A stretch of DNA of 64,000 bases from Eledone cirrhosa (lineage: Eukaryota): positions 123,318,001 through 123,382,000 of the forward strand of contig OZ024744.1 of NCBI GenBank assembly GCA_964016885.1. The letters are read 5' to 3'. A program made the translations under genes and the position numbers. Below the pieces are notes generated by a model. The model was not told where the DNA came from, did no database searches, and was given only the letters and a program-made list of their open reading frames with translations. Positions 26,901 to 40,964 of the stretch are shown here, piece after piece (within the stretch, counting starts at the first letter, position 1; each line of letters starts with the position of its first letter).

Positions 26901-28846
26901 TCAACATAATAGTTTTACTAGTTAACTGGCAACATAACAGTTTTACTAGTTAAATCTCAACATAACAGTTTTACTAGTTAACTCTCATGATAACAGTTTT
27001 GCTATTTAACTTTCAACATAACAGTTTTACTAGTTAACTATCAACATAACAGTTTTACTAGTTAACTATCAGCATAACAGATATAGTTTTACTAGTTTAA
27101 CTCTCAACATAAGAGTTTTACTAGTTAACTATCAACATAACAGTTATAGTTTTACTAGTTAACTCTCAACATAATAGTTTTACTAGTTAACTCACAACAT
27201 AAAAGTTATACTAGTTAACTCTCAAGATAATAATTTTACTAGTTAACTCACAACATAACACTTTTACTAGTTAACTCTCAGCATAACAGTTTTGCTATTT
27301 AACTATCAACATAACAGTTTTACTAGTTAAGTACTAACATAACAGTTATAGTTTTACTAATTAACTATCAACATAACAGTTTTACTAGTTAACTCACAAC
27401 ATAACAGCTTTACTAGTTAACTCTCAACATAAAAGTTTTACTAGTTAATTCTCAGCATAAAGGTTTTACTAGTTAACTCTCAGCTAGTTAACTCTTTGTT
27501 AGTTAACTATCTTTACTAGTTAACTCTTTGTTAGTTAACTATCAACATGAGAGTTTTACTAGTTAACTATCAACATAAAAGATATAGTTTTACTAGCTAT
27601 CAACATAACAGTTATAGTTTTACTAGTTATCAATCAACATAGCAGTTTTACCAGTTAACTATCAACATAACGGTTATAGTTTTACTAGTTACATAGCAGA
27701 ACAGTTTTATTAGTTAACTCTCAACATAACAATTTTACTAGTTACCTCTCAAGATAACAGTTTTACTAGTTAACTCTCAGCATAACAGTTTTACTAGTTA
27801 ACTATCAACATAACAGTTTTACTAGTTAACTATCAACATAACAGTTAGTTTTACTAGTTAACTCTCAACATAATAGTTTTACTAGTTAACTCGCAACATA
27901 ACAGTTTTACGAGTTAACTCTCAACATAATAGTTTTACTAGTTAACTCGCAACATAACAGTTTTACTAGTTAACTCTCAACATAACAGTTGTACTAGTTA
28001 ACTCTCAAAATAACAGTTTTGCTATTTAACTTTCAACATAACAGTTTTACTAGTTAACTATCAACATAACAGTTTTACTAGATAACTATCAACATAACAG
28101 TTTTACTAGTTAACTCTCAGCATAACAGTTTTACTAGTTAACTCGTAACATAACATTTTACTAGTTAACTATCAACATAACATATATAGCTTTACTAGTT
28201 AACTCTGCAAATAATAGTTTTACTAATTAACTATCAACATAACAGTTATAGTTTTACTAGTTAACTCTCAACATAACAGTTTTGCTAGTTAACTATCAAC
28301 ATAACACTTTTACTAGTTAAGTACTAACATAACAGTTATAGTTTTACTAGTTAACTATCAACATAACAGTTTTACTAGTCAACTCTCAACATAACAGTTT
28401 TACTAGTTAACTCTCAGCATAAAAGTTTTACTAGTTAACTATCAACATAACAGTTTTAACAGATAACTATCAACATAACAGTTATAGTTATACAAGTTAC
28501 CTAATACCATGAGAGTTTTACTAGTTAACTATCGACATAACAGTTATAGATTTACTAGTTAACTATCAAGATAGTAGTTTTACTAGTTAACTCTCAACAT
28601 AACAATTTTACTAGTTAACTCGCAACATAACAGTTTTACTAGTTAACTCGCAGCATAACACTTTTGCTAGTTAACTATCAACATAACAGTTATAGATTTA
28701 CTAATTAACTCTCAACATAACAGTATACTAGTTAACTCTCAGCATAACAGCTTTACTAGATAACTATCAACATAACAGTTTTACTATTTAACTATCAACA
28801 TAACATATAGTTTTACTGGTTAACTCTCAACATAACAGTTTTACTA
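20952..28846. repeat. HOR unit 5, long class (7895 bp)
   Basis: Marker at 20952 and 28847. Same length and same diagnostic variants as unit 4; truncated block at 27472. Confidence 0.93.
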
Positions 28847-31800
28847 GTTAACTCTCAACATAGAAATGTTACTAGTTAACTCGCAACATAACAGTTTTAC
28901 TAGTTAACCCGCAACATAACAGTTTTGCTAGTTAACTATCAACATAACAGTCATAGTTTTACTAATTAACTCTCAACATAACAGTTTTACTAGTTAACTC
29001 TCAGCATAACAGCTTTACTAGTTAATTATACACATAACAGTTTTACTATTTAACTATCAACATAACAGATAGTTTTACTGGTTAACTCTCAACATAACAG
29101 TTTCAATAGTTAACTATCAACATAACAGTCATAATTTTACTAGGTAACTATCAACAAAGTAGTTTTACTAGTTAACTCTCAACATAACAGTTTTACTAGT
29201 TAAGTCTCAGCATAACAGCTTTACTAGTTGATTATCAACATAACAGTTTCACTAGTTAACTATCAACATAACAGTTTTACTAGTTAACTATCAACATAAC
29301 AGTTATAGTTTTACTAGTTAACTATCAACATAACAGTTTTACTAGTTAACTCTGAACATAACAGTTTTATTAGTTAACTATCAACATAACAGTTATAGTT
29401 TTAATAGTTAACTCTCAACATAACAGTTTTACTAGTTAACTCGCAACGTAACAGTTTTACTGGTTAACTCTCAACATAACAGTTTTACTAGTTAACTATC
29501 AGCATAAAAGCTTTGATAGTTAACTATCAACATAAAAGTTTTAATAGTTAACTATCAACATAACAGTTATAGTATTACGAGTTAACTCTCAACATAGTAG
29601 TTTTACTAGTTAACTCTCTGCATAACAGCTTTACTAGCTAACTATCAACATAACAGTTTTACTATTTAACTATCAACATAACAGATAGTTTTACTGGTTA
29701 ACTCTCAACATAACTATTTGACTAGTTAACTATCAACATAAGTGTTATAGTTTTACTAGGTAACTATCAACATAGTAGTTTTACTAGTTAACTCTCAACA
29801 TAACAGTTTTACTAGTTAACTCGCAACGTAACAGTTTTACTAGTTAACTATCAACATAATTAGTTTTACTAGCTAACTATCAACATAACAGATATAGTTT
29901 TACTAGTTAACTATCAACATAGTATTTTTTACTACGTAACTCTCAACATAACAGTTTTACTAGTTAACTCTCAACATAAAAGTTTTACTATTTAACTAGC
30001 AACATAAGAGTTTTACTAGTTAACTCGCAACATAACAGTTTTACGTGTTAACTCTCAGCATAACAGTTATAGATGTACTAGTTAACTATCAACATAAAAG
30101 ATATAGTTTTACTAGCTATCAACATAAGTTATAGTTTTACTAGTTAGCAATCAACATAGCAGTTTTACTAGTTAACTATCAACATAACAGTTATGGTTTT
30201 ACTAATTACATATCAACATAACAGTTTTACTAGTTAACACACAAGATAACAGTTTTACTAGTTAACTCTCAGCATAACAGTTTTACTAGTTAACTCGTAA
30301 CATAACATTTTACTAGTTAACTATCAACATAACATATATAGTATTACTAGTTAACTCTGCAAATAATAGTTTTACTAGTTAACTATCAACATAAGTTATA
30401 TTTTTACTAGTTAACTCTCAACATAACAGTTTTGCTAGTTAACTATCAACATAACACTTTTACTAGTTAAGTACTAACATAACAGTTATAGTTTTACTAG
30501 TTAACTATCAACATAACAGTTTTACTAGTCAATTCTCAACATAACAGTTTTACTAGTTAACTCTCAGCATAAAAGTTTTACTAGTTAACTATCAACATAA
30601 CAGTTTTAACAGATAACTATCAACATAACAGTTATAGTTATACAAGTTACCTAATACCATGAGAGTTTTACTAGTTAACTATCGACATAACAGTTATAGA
30701 TTTACTAGTTAACTATCAAGATAGTAGTTTTACTAGTTAACTCTCAACATAACAATTTTACTAGTTAACTCGCAACATAACAGTTTTACTAGTTAACTCG
30801 CAGCATAACACTTTTGCTAGTTAACTATCAACATAACAGTTATAGATTTACTAATTAACTCTCAACATAACAGTATACTAGTTAACTCTCAGCATAACAG
30901 CTTTACTAGATAACTATCAACATAACAGTTTTACTATTTAACTATCAACATAACAGATAGTTTTACTGGTTAACTCTCAACATAACAGTTTTACTAGTTA
31001 ACTCTCAACATAGAAATGTTACTAGTTAACCCGCAACATAACAGTTTTGCTAGTTAACTATCAACATAACAGTCATAGTTTTACTAATTAACTCTCAACA
31101 TAACAGTTTTACTAGTTAACTCTCAGCATAACAGCTTTACTAGTTAATTATACACATAACAGTTTTACTATTTAACTATCAACATAACAGATAGTTTTAC
31201 TGGTTAACTCTCAACATAACTATTTGACTAGTTAACTATCAACATAAGTGTTATAGTTTTACTAGGTAACTATCAACATAGTAGTTTTACTAGTTAACTC
31301 TCAACATAACAGTTTTACTAGTTAACTCGCAACGTAACAGTTTTACTAGTTAACTCTCAACATAACAGTTTTACTAGTTAACTCTCAGCATAAAACTTTT
31401 GCTAGTTAACTATCAATATAACAGTTTTACTAGTTAACTATAAACATAACATTTATAGTTTTACTAGTTAACTATCAACATAACAGTTATAGTTTTACTA
31501 GTTAACTCTCAACATAAAAGTTATACTAGTTAACTCTCAATATTAGTTTTACTAGTTAACTCACAACATAACAATTTTAGAAGTTAACTCTCAGCGTATC
31601 AATTTTGCTAGTTAACTATCAACATAATAGTTGTACTAGTTAACTATCAACATAACAGTTATAGTTTTAGTAGTTAATTATCAACATAACAGTTTTACTA
31701 GTTAACTCACAATATAACAGTTTTACTAGTTAACTATCAGCATAACAGTTTTACTAGTTAACTATCAACATAACAATTTTACTAGTTAACTCTCAACATA

Positions 31801-34800
31801 ACAGTTTTACTAGTTACCTCTCAGCATAACAGTTTTGCTAGTTAACTATCAACATAACAGTTATAGATTTACTGGTTAACTATCAACATAACAGTTTTAC
31901 TAGTTAACTATCAACATAACAGTTATAGGTTTACTAGTTACATATCAACATAACAGTTTTACTAGTTAACTCTCAACATAACAGTTTTACTAGTTAACTG
32001 TCAGCATAAAACTTTTGCTAGTTAACTATCAATATAACAGTTTTACTAGTTAATTATACACATAACATTTATAGTTTTACTAGTTAACTATCAACATAAC
32101 AGTTATAGTTTTACTAGTTAACTCTCAACATAAAAGTTATACTAGTTAACTCTCAATATTAGTTTTACTAGTTAACACACAACATAACAATTTTAGAAGT
32201 TAACTCTCAGCGTATCAATTTTGCTAGTTAACTATCAACATAATAGTTGTACTAGTTAACTATCAACATAACAGTTATAGTTTTACTAGTTAATTATCAA
32301 CATAACAGTTTTACTAGTTAACTCTCAACATAACAGTTTTACTAGTTACCTCTCAGCATAACAGTTTTGCTAGTTAAATATCAACATAACAGTTATAGAT
32401 TTACTAGTTAACTATCAACATAACAGTTTTACTAGTTAACTCACAATATAACAGTTTTACTAGTTAACTCACCACATAAAGGTTTTACTAGTTAACTATC
32501 AACATAAAAGATAGTTTTACTAGCTAACTATCAACATAACAGTTATAGTTTTACTAGTTAGCAATCAACATAGCAGTTTTACTAGTTAACTATCAACATA
32601 ACAGTTATAGGTTTACTAGTTACATATCAACATAACAGTTTTATTAGTTAAATCTCAACATAAGTTTTACTAGTTAACTCTCAAGATAACAGTTTTACTA
32701 GTTAACTAGTAACATAACATTTTACTAGTTAACTGTCAACATAACAGATATAGTTTTACTAATTAACTCTGAACATAACAGTTTTACTAGTTAACTATCA
32801 ACATAACAGTTATAGTTTTACTAGTTAACTCTCAACATAATAGTTTTACTAGTTAACTGGCAACATAACAGTTTTACTAGTTAAATCTCAACATAACAGT
32901 TTTGCTAGTTAACTCTCATGATAACAGTTTTGCTATTTAACTTTCAACATAACAGTTTTACTAGTTAACTCTCAACATAACAGTTTTACTAGTTAATTCT
33001 CAGCATAACAGTTTTGCCAGTTAACTATCAACATAAAAGTTATAGTTTTACTAGTTAACTATACACATAACAGTTTTACTAGTTAACTCACAATATAACA
33101 GTTTTGCTAGTTAACTATCAACATAACAGTTTTACGAGTTAAATATCAACATAATTAGTTTTACTAGTTAACTATCAACATAACAGATATAGTTTTACTA
33201 GCTAATTATCAACATAACAGTTATAGTTTTACTAGTTAACTATCAACATAGTATTTTTTTACTACCTAACTCTCAACATAACAGTTTTATTAGTTAACTC
33301 TCAACATAAAAGTTTTACTATTTAACTCGCAACATAAGAGTTTTCCTAGTTAACTCGCAACAACAGTTTTACGACTTAACTCTCAGCATAAAGTTTTACT
33401 AGTTAACTATCAACATAACAGTTTTACTAGTTAACTATCAACATAACAGCTATAGATTTACTAGTTAACTATCAACATAACAGTTTTACTAGTTAACTCA
33501 CAATATAACAGTTTTACTAGTTAACTCTCAGCATAAAGGTTTTACTAGTTAACTCTCAGCATAACAGTTTTGTTAGTTAACTATCACCATGAGAGTTTTA
33601 CTAGTTAACTATCAACATAAAAGATATAGTTTTACTAGCTATCAACATAACAGTTATAGTTTTACTAGTTAACAATCAACATAGCAGTTTTACCAGTTAA
33701 CTATCAACATAACGGTTATAGTTTTACTAGTTACATAGCAGAACAGTTTTATTAGTTAACTCTCAACATAACAGTTTTACTAGTTACCTCTCAAGATAAC
33801 AGTTTTACTAGTTAACTCTCAGCATAACAGTTTTACTAGTTAACTATCAACATAACAGTTTTATTAGTTAACTCGTAACATAACATTTTACTAGTTAACT
33901 ATCAACATAACAGATATAGAATTACTAGTTAACTCTGAACATAACAGTTTTACTAGTTAACTATCAACATAACAGTTAGTTTTACTAGTTAACTCTCAAC
34001 ATAATAGTTTTACTAGTTAACTCGCAACATAACAGTTTTACTAGTTAACTCTCAACATAACAGTTTTACTAGTTAACTCTCAAAATAACAGTTTTGCTAT
34101 TTAACTTTCAACATAACAGTTTTACTAGTTAACTATCAACATAACAGTTTTACTAGTTAACTATCAACATAACAGTTATGGTTTTACTAATTACATATCA
34201 ACATAACAGTTTTACTAGTTAACTCACAAGATAACAGTTTTACTAGTTAACTCTCAGCATAACAGTTTTACTAGTTAACTCGTAACATAACATTTTACTA
34301 GTTAACTATCAACATAACATATATAGTTTTACTAGTTAACTTTGCAAATAATAGTTTTACTAGTTAACTATCAACATAACAGTTATAGTTTTACTAGTTA
34401 ACTATCAACATAACAGTTTTACTAGCCAACTCTCAACATAACAGTTTTACTAGTTAACTCTCAGCATAAAAGTTTTACTAGTTAACTATCAACATAACAG
34501 TTTTAACAGATAACTATCAACATAACAGTTATAGTTATACAAGTTACCTAATACCATGAGAGTTTTACTAGTTAACTATCGACATAACAGTTATAGATTT
34601 ACTAGTTAACTATCAAGATAGTAGTTTTACTAGTTAACTCTCAACATAACAATTTTACTAGTTAACTCGCAACATAACAGTTTTACTAGTTAACTCGCAG
34701 CATAACACTTTTGCTAGTTAACTATCAACATAACAGTTATAGATTTACTAATTAACTCTCAACATAACAGTATACTAGTTAACTCTCAGCATAACAGCTT

Positions 34801-34893
34801 TACTAGATAACTATCAACATAACAGTTTTACTATTTAACTATCAACATAACAGATAGTTTTACTGGTTAACTCTCAACATAACAGTTTTACTA
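28847..34893. repeat. HOR unit 6, short class (6047 bp)
   Basis: Marker at 28847 and 34894. Lacks the truncated block, has the GTTAACTCACAAGATAAC junction at 34218 and a private 84-bp deletion near 32315. Confidence 0.92.
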
Positions 34894-37800
34894 GTTAACT
34901 CTCAACATAGAAATGTTACTAGTTAACTCGCAACATAACAGTTTTACTAGTTAACCCGCAACATAACAGTTTTGCTAGTTAACTATCAACATAACAGTCA
35001 TAGTTTTACTAATTAACTCTCAACATAACAGTTTTACTAGTTAACTCTCAGCATAACAGTTTTACTATTTAACTATCAACATAACAGATAGTTTTACTGG
35101 TTAACTCTCAACATAACAGTTTCAATAGTTAACTATCAACATAACAGTCATAATTTTACTAGGTAACTATCAACAAAGTAGTTTTACTAGTTAACTCTCA
35201 ACATAACAGTTTTATTAGTTAAGTCTCAGCATAACAGCTTTACTAGTTGATTATCAACATAACAGTTTCACTAGTTAACTATCAACATAACAGTTTTACT
35301 AGTTAACTATCAACATAACAGTTTTACTAGTTAACTCTGAACATAACAGTTTTATTAGTTAACTATCAACATAACAGTTATAGTTTTAATAGTTAACTCT
35401 CAACATAACAGTTTTACTAGTTAACTCGCAACGTAACAGTTTTACTGGTTAACTCTCAACATAACAGTTTTACTAGTTAACTATCAGCATAAAAGCTTTG
35501 ATAGTTAACTATCAACATAAAAGTTTTAATAGTTAACTATCAACATAACAGTTATAGTATTACGAGTTAACTCTCAACATAGTAGTTTTACTAGTTAACT
35601 CTCTGCATAACAGCTTTACTAGCTAACTATCAACATAACAGTTTTACTATTTAACTATCAACATAACAGATAGTTTTACTGGTTAACTCTCAACATAACT
35701 ATTTGACTAGTTAACTATCAACATAAGTGTTATAGTTTTACTAGGTAACTATCAACATAGTAGTTTTACTAGTTAACTCTCAACATAACAGTTTTACTAG
35801 TTAACTCGCAACGTAACAGTTTTACTAGTTAACTATCAACATAATTAGTTTTACTAGCTAACTATCAACATAACAGATATAGTTTTACTAGTTAACTATC
35901 AACATAGTATTTTTTACTACGTAACTCTCAACATAACAGTTTTACTAGTTAACTCTCAACATAAAAGTTTTACTATTTAACTAGCAACATAAGAGTTTTA
36001 CTAGTTAACTCGCAACATAACAGTTTTACGTGTTAACTCTCAGCATAACAGTTATAGATGTACTAGTTAACTATCAACATAAAAGATATAGTTTTACTAG
36101 CTATCAACATAAGTTATAGTTTTACTAGTTAGCAATCAACATAGCAGTTTTACTAGTTAACTATCAACATAACAGTTATGGTTTTACTAATTACATATCA
36201 ACATAACAGTTTTACTAGTTAACACACAAGATAACAGTTTTACTAGTTAACTCTCAGCATAACAGTTTTACTAGTTAACTCGTAACATAACATTTTACTA
36301 GTTAACTATCAACATAACATATATAGTATTACTAGTTAACTCTGCAAATAATAGTTTTACTAGTTAACTATCAACATAACAGTTATATTTTTACTAGTTA
36401 ACTCTCAACATAACAGTTTTGCTAGTTAACTATCAACATAACACTTTTACTAGTTAAGTACTAACATAACAGTTATAGTTTTACTAGTTAACTATCAACA
36501 TAACAGTTTTACTAGTCAATTCTCAACATAACAGTTTTACTAGTTAACTCTCAGCATAAAAGTTTTACTAGTTAACTATCAACATAACAGTTTTAACAGA
36601 TAACTATCAACATAACAGTTATAGTTATACAAGTTACCTAATACCATGAGAGTTTTACTAGTTAACTATCGACATAACAGTTATAGATTTACTAGTTAAC
36701 TATCAAGATAGTAGTTTTACTAGTTAACTCTCAACATAACAATTTTACTAGTTAACTCGCAACATAACAGTTTTACTAGTTAACTCGCAGCATAACACTT
36801 TTGCTAGTTAACTATCAACATAACAGTTATAGATTTACTAATTAACTCTCAACATAACAGTATACTAGTTAACTCTCAGCATAACAGCTTTACTAGATAA
36901 CTATCAACATAACAGTTTTACTATTTAACTATCAACATAACAGATAGTTTTACTGGTTAACTCTCAACATAACAGTTTTACTAGTTAACTCTCAACATAG
37001 AAATGTTACTAGTTAACCCGCAACATAACAGTTTTGCTAGTTAACTATCAACATAACAGTCATAGTTTTACTAATTAACTCTCAACATAACAGTTTTACT
37101 AGTTAACTCTCAGCATAACAGCTTTACTAGTTAATTATACACATAACAGTTTTACTATTTAACTATCAACATAACAGATAGTTTTACTGGTTAACTCTCA
37201 ACATAACTATTTGACTAGTTAACTATCAACATAAGTGTTATAGTTTTACTAGGTAACTATCAACATAGTAGTTTTACTAGTTAACTCTCAACATAACAGT
37301 TTTACTAGTTAACTCGCAACGTAACAGTTTTACTAGTTAACTCTCAACATAACAGTTTTACTAGTTAACTCTCAGCATAAAACTTTTGCTAGTTAACTAT
37401 CAATATAACAGTTTTACTAGTTAACTATAAACATAACATTTATAGTTTTACTAGTTAACTATCAACATAACAGTTATAGTTTTACTAGTTAACTCTCAAC
37501 ATAAAAGTTATACTAGTTAACTCTCAATATTAGTTTTACTAGTTAACTCACAACATAACAATTTTAGAAGTTAACTCTCAGCGTATCAATTTTGCTAGTT
37601 AACTATCAACATAATAGTTGTACTAGTTAACTATCAACATAACAGTTATAGTTTTAGTAGTTAATTATCAACATAACAGTTTTACTAGTTAACTCACAAA
37701 ATAACAGTTTTACTAGTTAACTATCAGCATAACAGTTTTACTAGTTAACTATCAACATAACAATTTTACTAGTTAACTCTCAACATAACAGTTTTACTAG

Positions 37801-40800
37801 TTACCTCTCAGCATAACAGTTTTGCTAGTTAACTATCAACATAACAGTTATAGATTTACTGGTTAACTATCAACATAACAGTTTTACTAGTTAACTATCA
37901 ACATAACAGTTATAGGTTTACTAGTTACATATCAACATAACAGTTTTACTAGTTAACTCTCAACATAACAGTTTTACTAGTTAACTGTCAGCATAAAACT
38001 TTTGCTAGTTAACTATCAATATAACAGTTTTACTAGTTAATTATACACATAACATTTATAGTTTTACTAGTTAACTATCAACATAACAGTTATAGTTTTA
38101 CTAGTTAACTCTCAACATAAAAGTTATACTAGTTAACTCTCAATATTAGTTTTACTAGTTAACACACAACATAACAATTTTAGAAGTTAACTCTCAGCGT
38201 ATCAATTTTGCTAGTTAACTATCAACATAATAGTTGTACTAGTTAACTATCAACATAACAGTTATAGTTTTACTAGTTAATTATCAACATAACAGTTTTA
38301 CTAGTTAACCCACAATATAACAGTTTTACTAGTTAACTATCAGCATAACAGTTTTACTAGTTAACTATCAACATAACAATTTTACTAGTTAACTCTCAAC
38401 ATAACAGTTTTACTAGTTACCTCTCAGCATAACAGTTTTGCTAGTTAAATATCAACATAACAGTTATAGATTTACTAGTTAACTATCAACATAACAGTTT
38501 TACTAGTTAACTCACAATATAACAGTTTTACTAGTTAACTCACCACATAAAGGTTTTACTAGTTAACTATCAACATAAAAGATAGTTTTACTAGCTAACT
38601 ATCAACATAACAGTTATAGTTTTACTAGTTAGCAATCAACATAGCAGTTTTACTAGTTAACTATCAACATAACAGTTATAGGTTTACTAGTTACATATCA
38701 ACATAACAGTTTTATTAGTTAAATCTCAACATAAGTTTTACTAGTTAACTCTCAAGATAACAGTTTTACTAGTTAACTAGTAACATAACATTTTACTAGT
38801 TAACTATCAACATAACAGATATAGTTTTACTAATTAACTCTGAACATAACAGTTTTACTAGTTAACTATCAACATAACAGTTATAGTTTTACTAGTTAAC
38901 TCTCAACATAATAGTTTTACTAGTTAACTGGCAACATAACAGTTTTACTAGTTAAATCTCAACATAACAGTTTTGCTAGTTAACTCTCATGATAACAGTT
39001 TTGCTATTTAACTTTCAACATAACAGTTTTACTAGTTAACTCTCAACATAACAGTTTTACTAGTTAATTCTCAGCATAACAGTTTTGCCAGTTAACTATC
39101 AACATAAAAGTTATAGTTTTACTAGTTAACTATACACATAACAGTTTTACTAGTTAACTCACAATATAACAGTTTTGCTAGTTAACTATCAACATAACAG
39201 TTTTACGAGTTAAATATCAACATAATTAGTTTTACTAGTTAACTATCAACATAACAGATATAGTTTTACTAGCTAATTATCAACATAACAGTTATAGTTT
39301 TACTAGTTAACTATCAACATAGTATTTTTTTACTACCTAACTCTCAACATAACAGTTTTATTAGTTAACTCTCAACATAAAAGTTTTACTATTTAACTCG
39401 CAACATAAGAGTTTTCCTAGTTAACTCGCAACAACAGTTTTACGACTTAACTCTCAGCATAAAGTTTTACTAGTTAACTATCAACATAACAGTTTTACTA
39501 GTTAACTATCAACATAACAGCTATAGATTTACTAGTTAACTATCAACATAACAGTTTTACTAGTTAACTCACAATATAACAGTTTTACTAGTTAACTCTC
39601 AGCATAAAGGTTTTACTAGTTAACTCTCAGCATAACAGTTTTGTTAGTTAACTATCACCATGAGAGTTTTACTAGTTAACTATCAACATAAAAGATATAG
39701 TTTTACTAGCTATCAACATAACAGTTATAGTTTTACTAGTTAACAATCAACATAGCAGTTTTACCAGTTAACTATCAACATAACGGTTATAGTTTTACTA
39801 GTTACATAGCAGAACAGTTTTATTAGTTAACTCTCAACATAACAGTTTTACTAGTTACCTCTCAAGATAACAGTTTTACTAGTTAACTCTCAGCATAACA
39901 GTTTTACTAGTTAACTATCAACATAACAGTTTTATTAGTTAACTCGTAACATAACATTTTACTAGTTAACTATCAACATAACAGATATAGAATTACTAGT
40001 TAACTCTGAACATAACAGTTTTACTAGTTAACTATCAACATAACAGTTAGTTTTACTAGTTAACTCTCAACATAATAGTTTTACTAGTTAACTCGCAACA
40101 TAACAGTTTTACTAGTTAACTCTCAACATAACAGTTTTACTAGTTAACTCTCAAAATAACAGTTTTGCTATTTAACTTTCAACATAACAGTTTTACTAGT
40201 TAACTATCAACATAACAGTTTTACTAGTTAACTATCAACATAACAGTTATGGTTTTACTAATTACATATCAACATAACAGTTTTACTAGTTAACTCACAA
40301 GATAACAGTTTTACTAGTTAACTCTCAGCATAACAGTTTTACTAGTTAACTCGTAACATAACATTTTACTAGTTAACTATCAACATAACATATATAGTTT
40401 TACTAGTTAACTTTGCAAATAATAGTTTTACTAGTTAACTATCAACATAACAGTTATAGTTTTACTAGTTAACTATCAACATAACAGTTTTACTAGCCAA
40501 CTCTCAACATAACAGTTTTACTAGTTAACTCTCAGCATAAAAGTTTTACTAGTTAACTATCAACATAACAGTTTTAACAGATAACTATCAACATAACAGT
40601 TATAGTTATACAAGTTACCTAATACCATGAGAGTTTTACTAGTTAACTATCGACATAACAGTTATAGATTTACTAGTTAACTATCAAGATAGTAGTTTTA
40701 CTAGTTAACTCTCAACATAACAATTTTACTAGTTAACTCGCAACATAACAGTTTTACTAGTTAACTCGCAGCATAACACTTTTGCTAGTTAACTATCAAC

Positions 40801-40964
40801 ATAACAGTTATAGATTTACTAATTAACTCTCAACATAACAGTATACTAGTTAACTCTCAGCATAACAGCTTTACTAGATAACTATCAACATAACAGTTTT
40901 ACTATTTAACTATCAACATAACAGATAGTTTTACTGGTTAACTCTCAACATAACAGTTTTACTA
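34894..40964. repeat. HOR unit 7, short class (6071 bp)
   Basis: Marker at 34894 and 40965; short-type junction at 40289. Confidence 0.92.

Noticed and set aside
6675-32740. Isolated single-copy substitutions (GATAACTGTT ~6683, CTCGGAAC ~10173, AACTGTCAAC ~32735)
   Set aside because: Cannot be told apart from sequencing or consensus errors without reads, and show no pattern.
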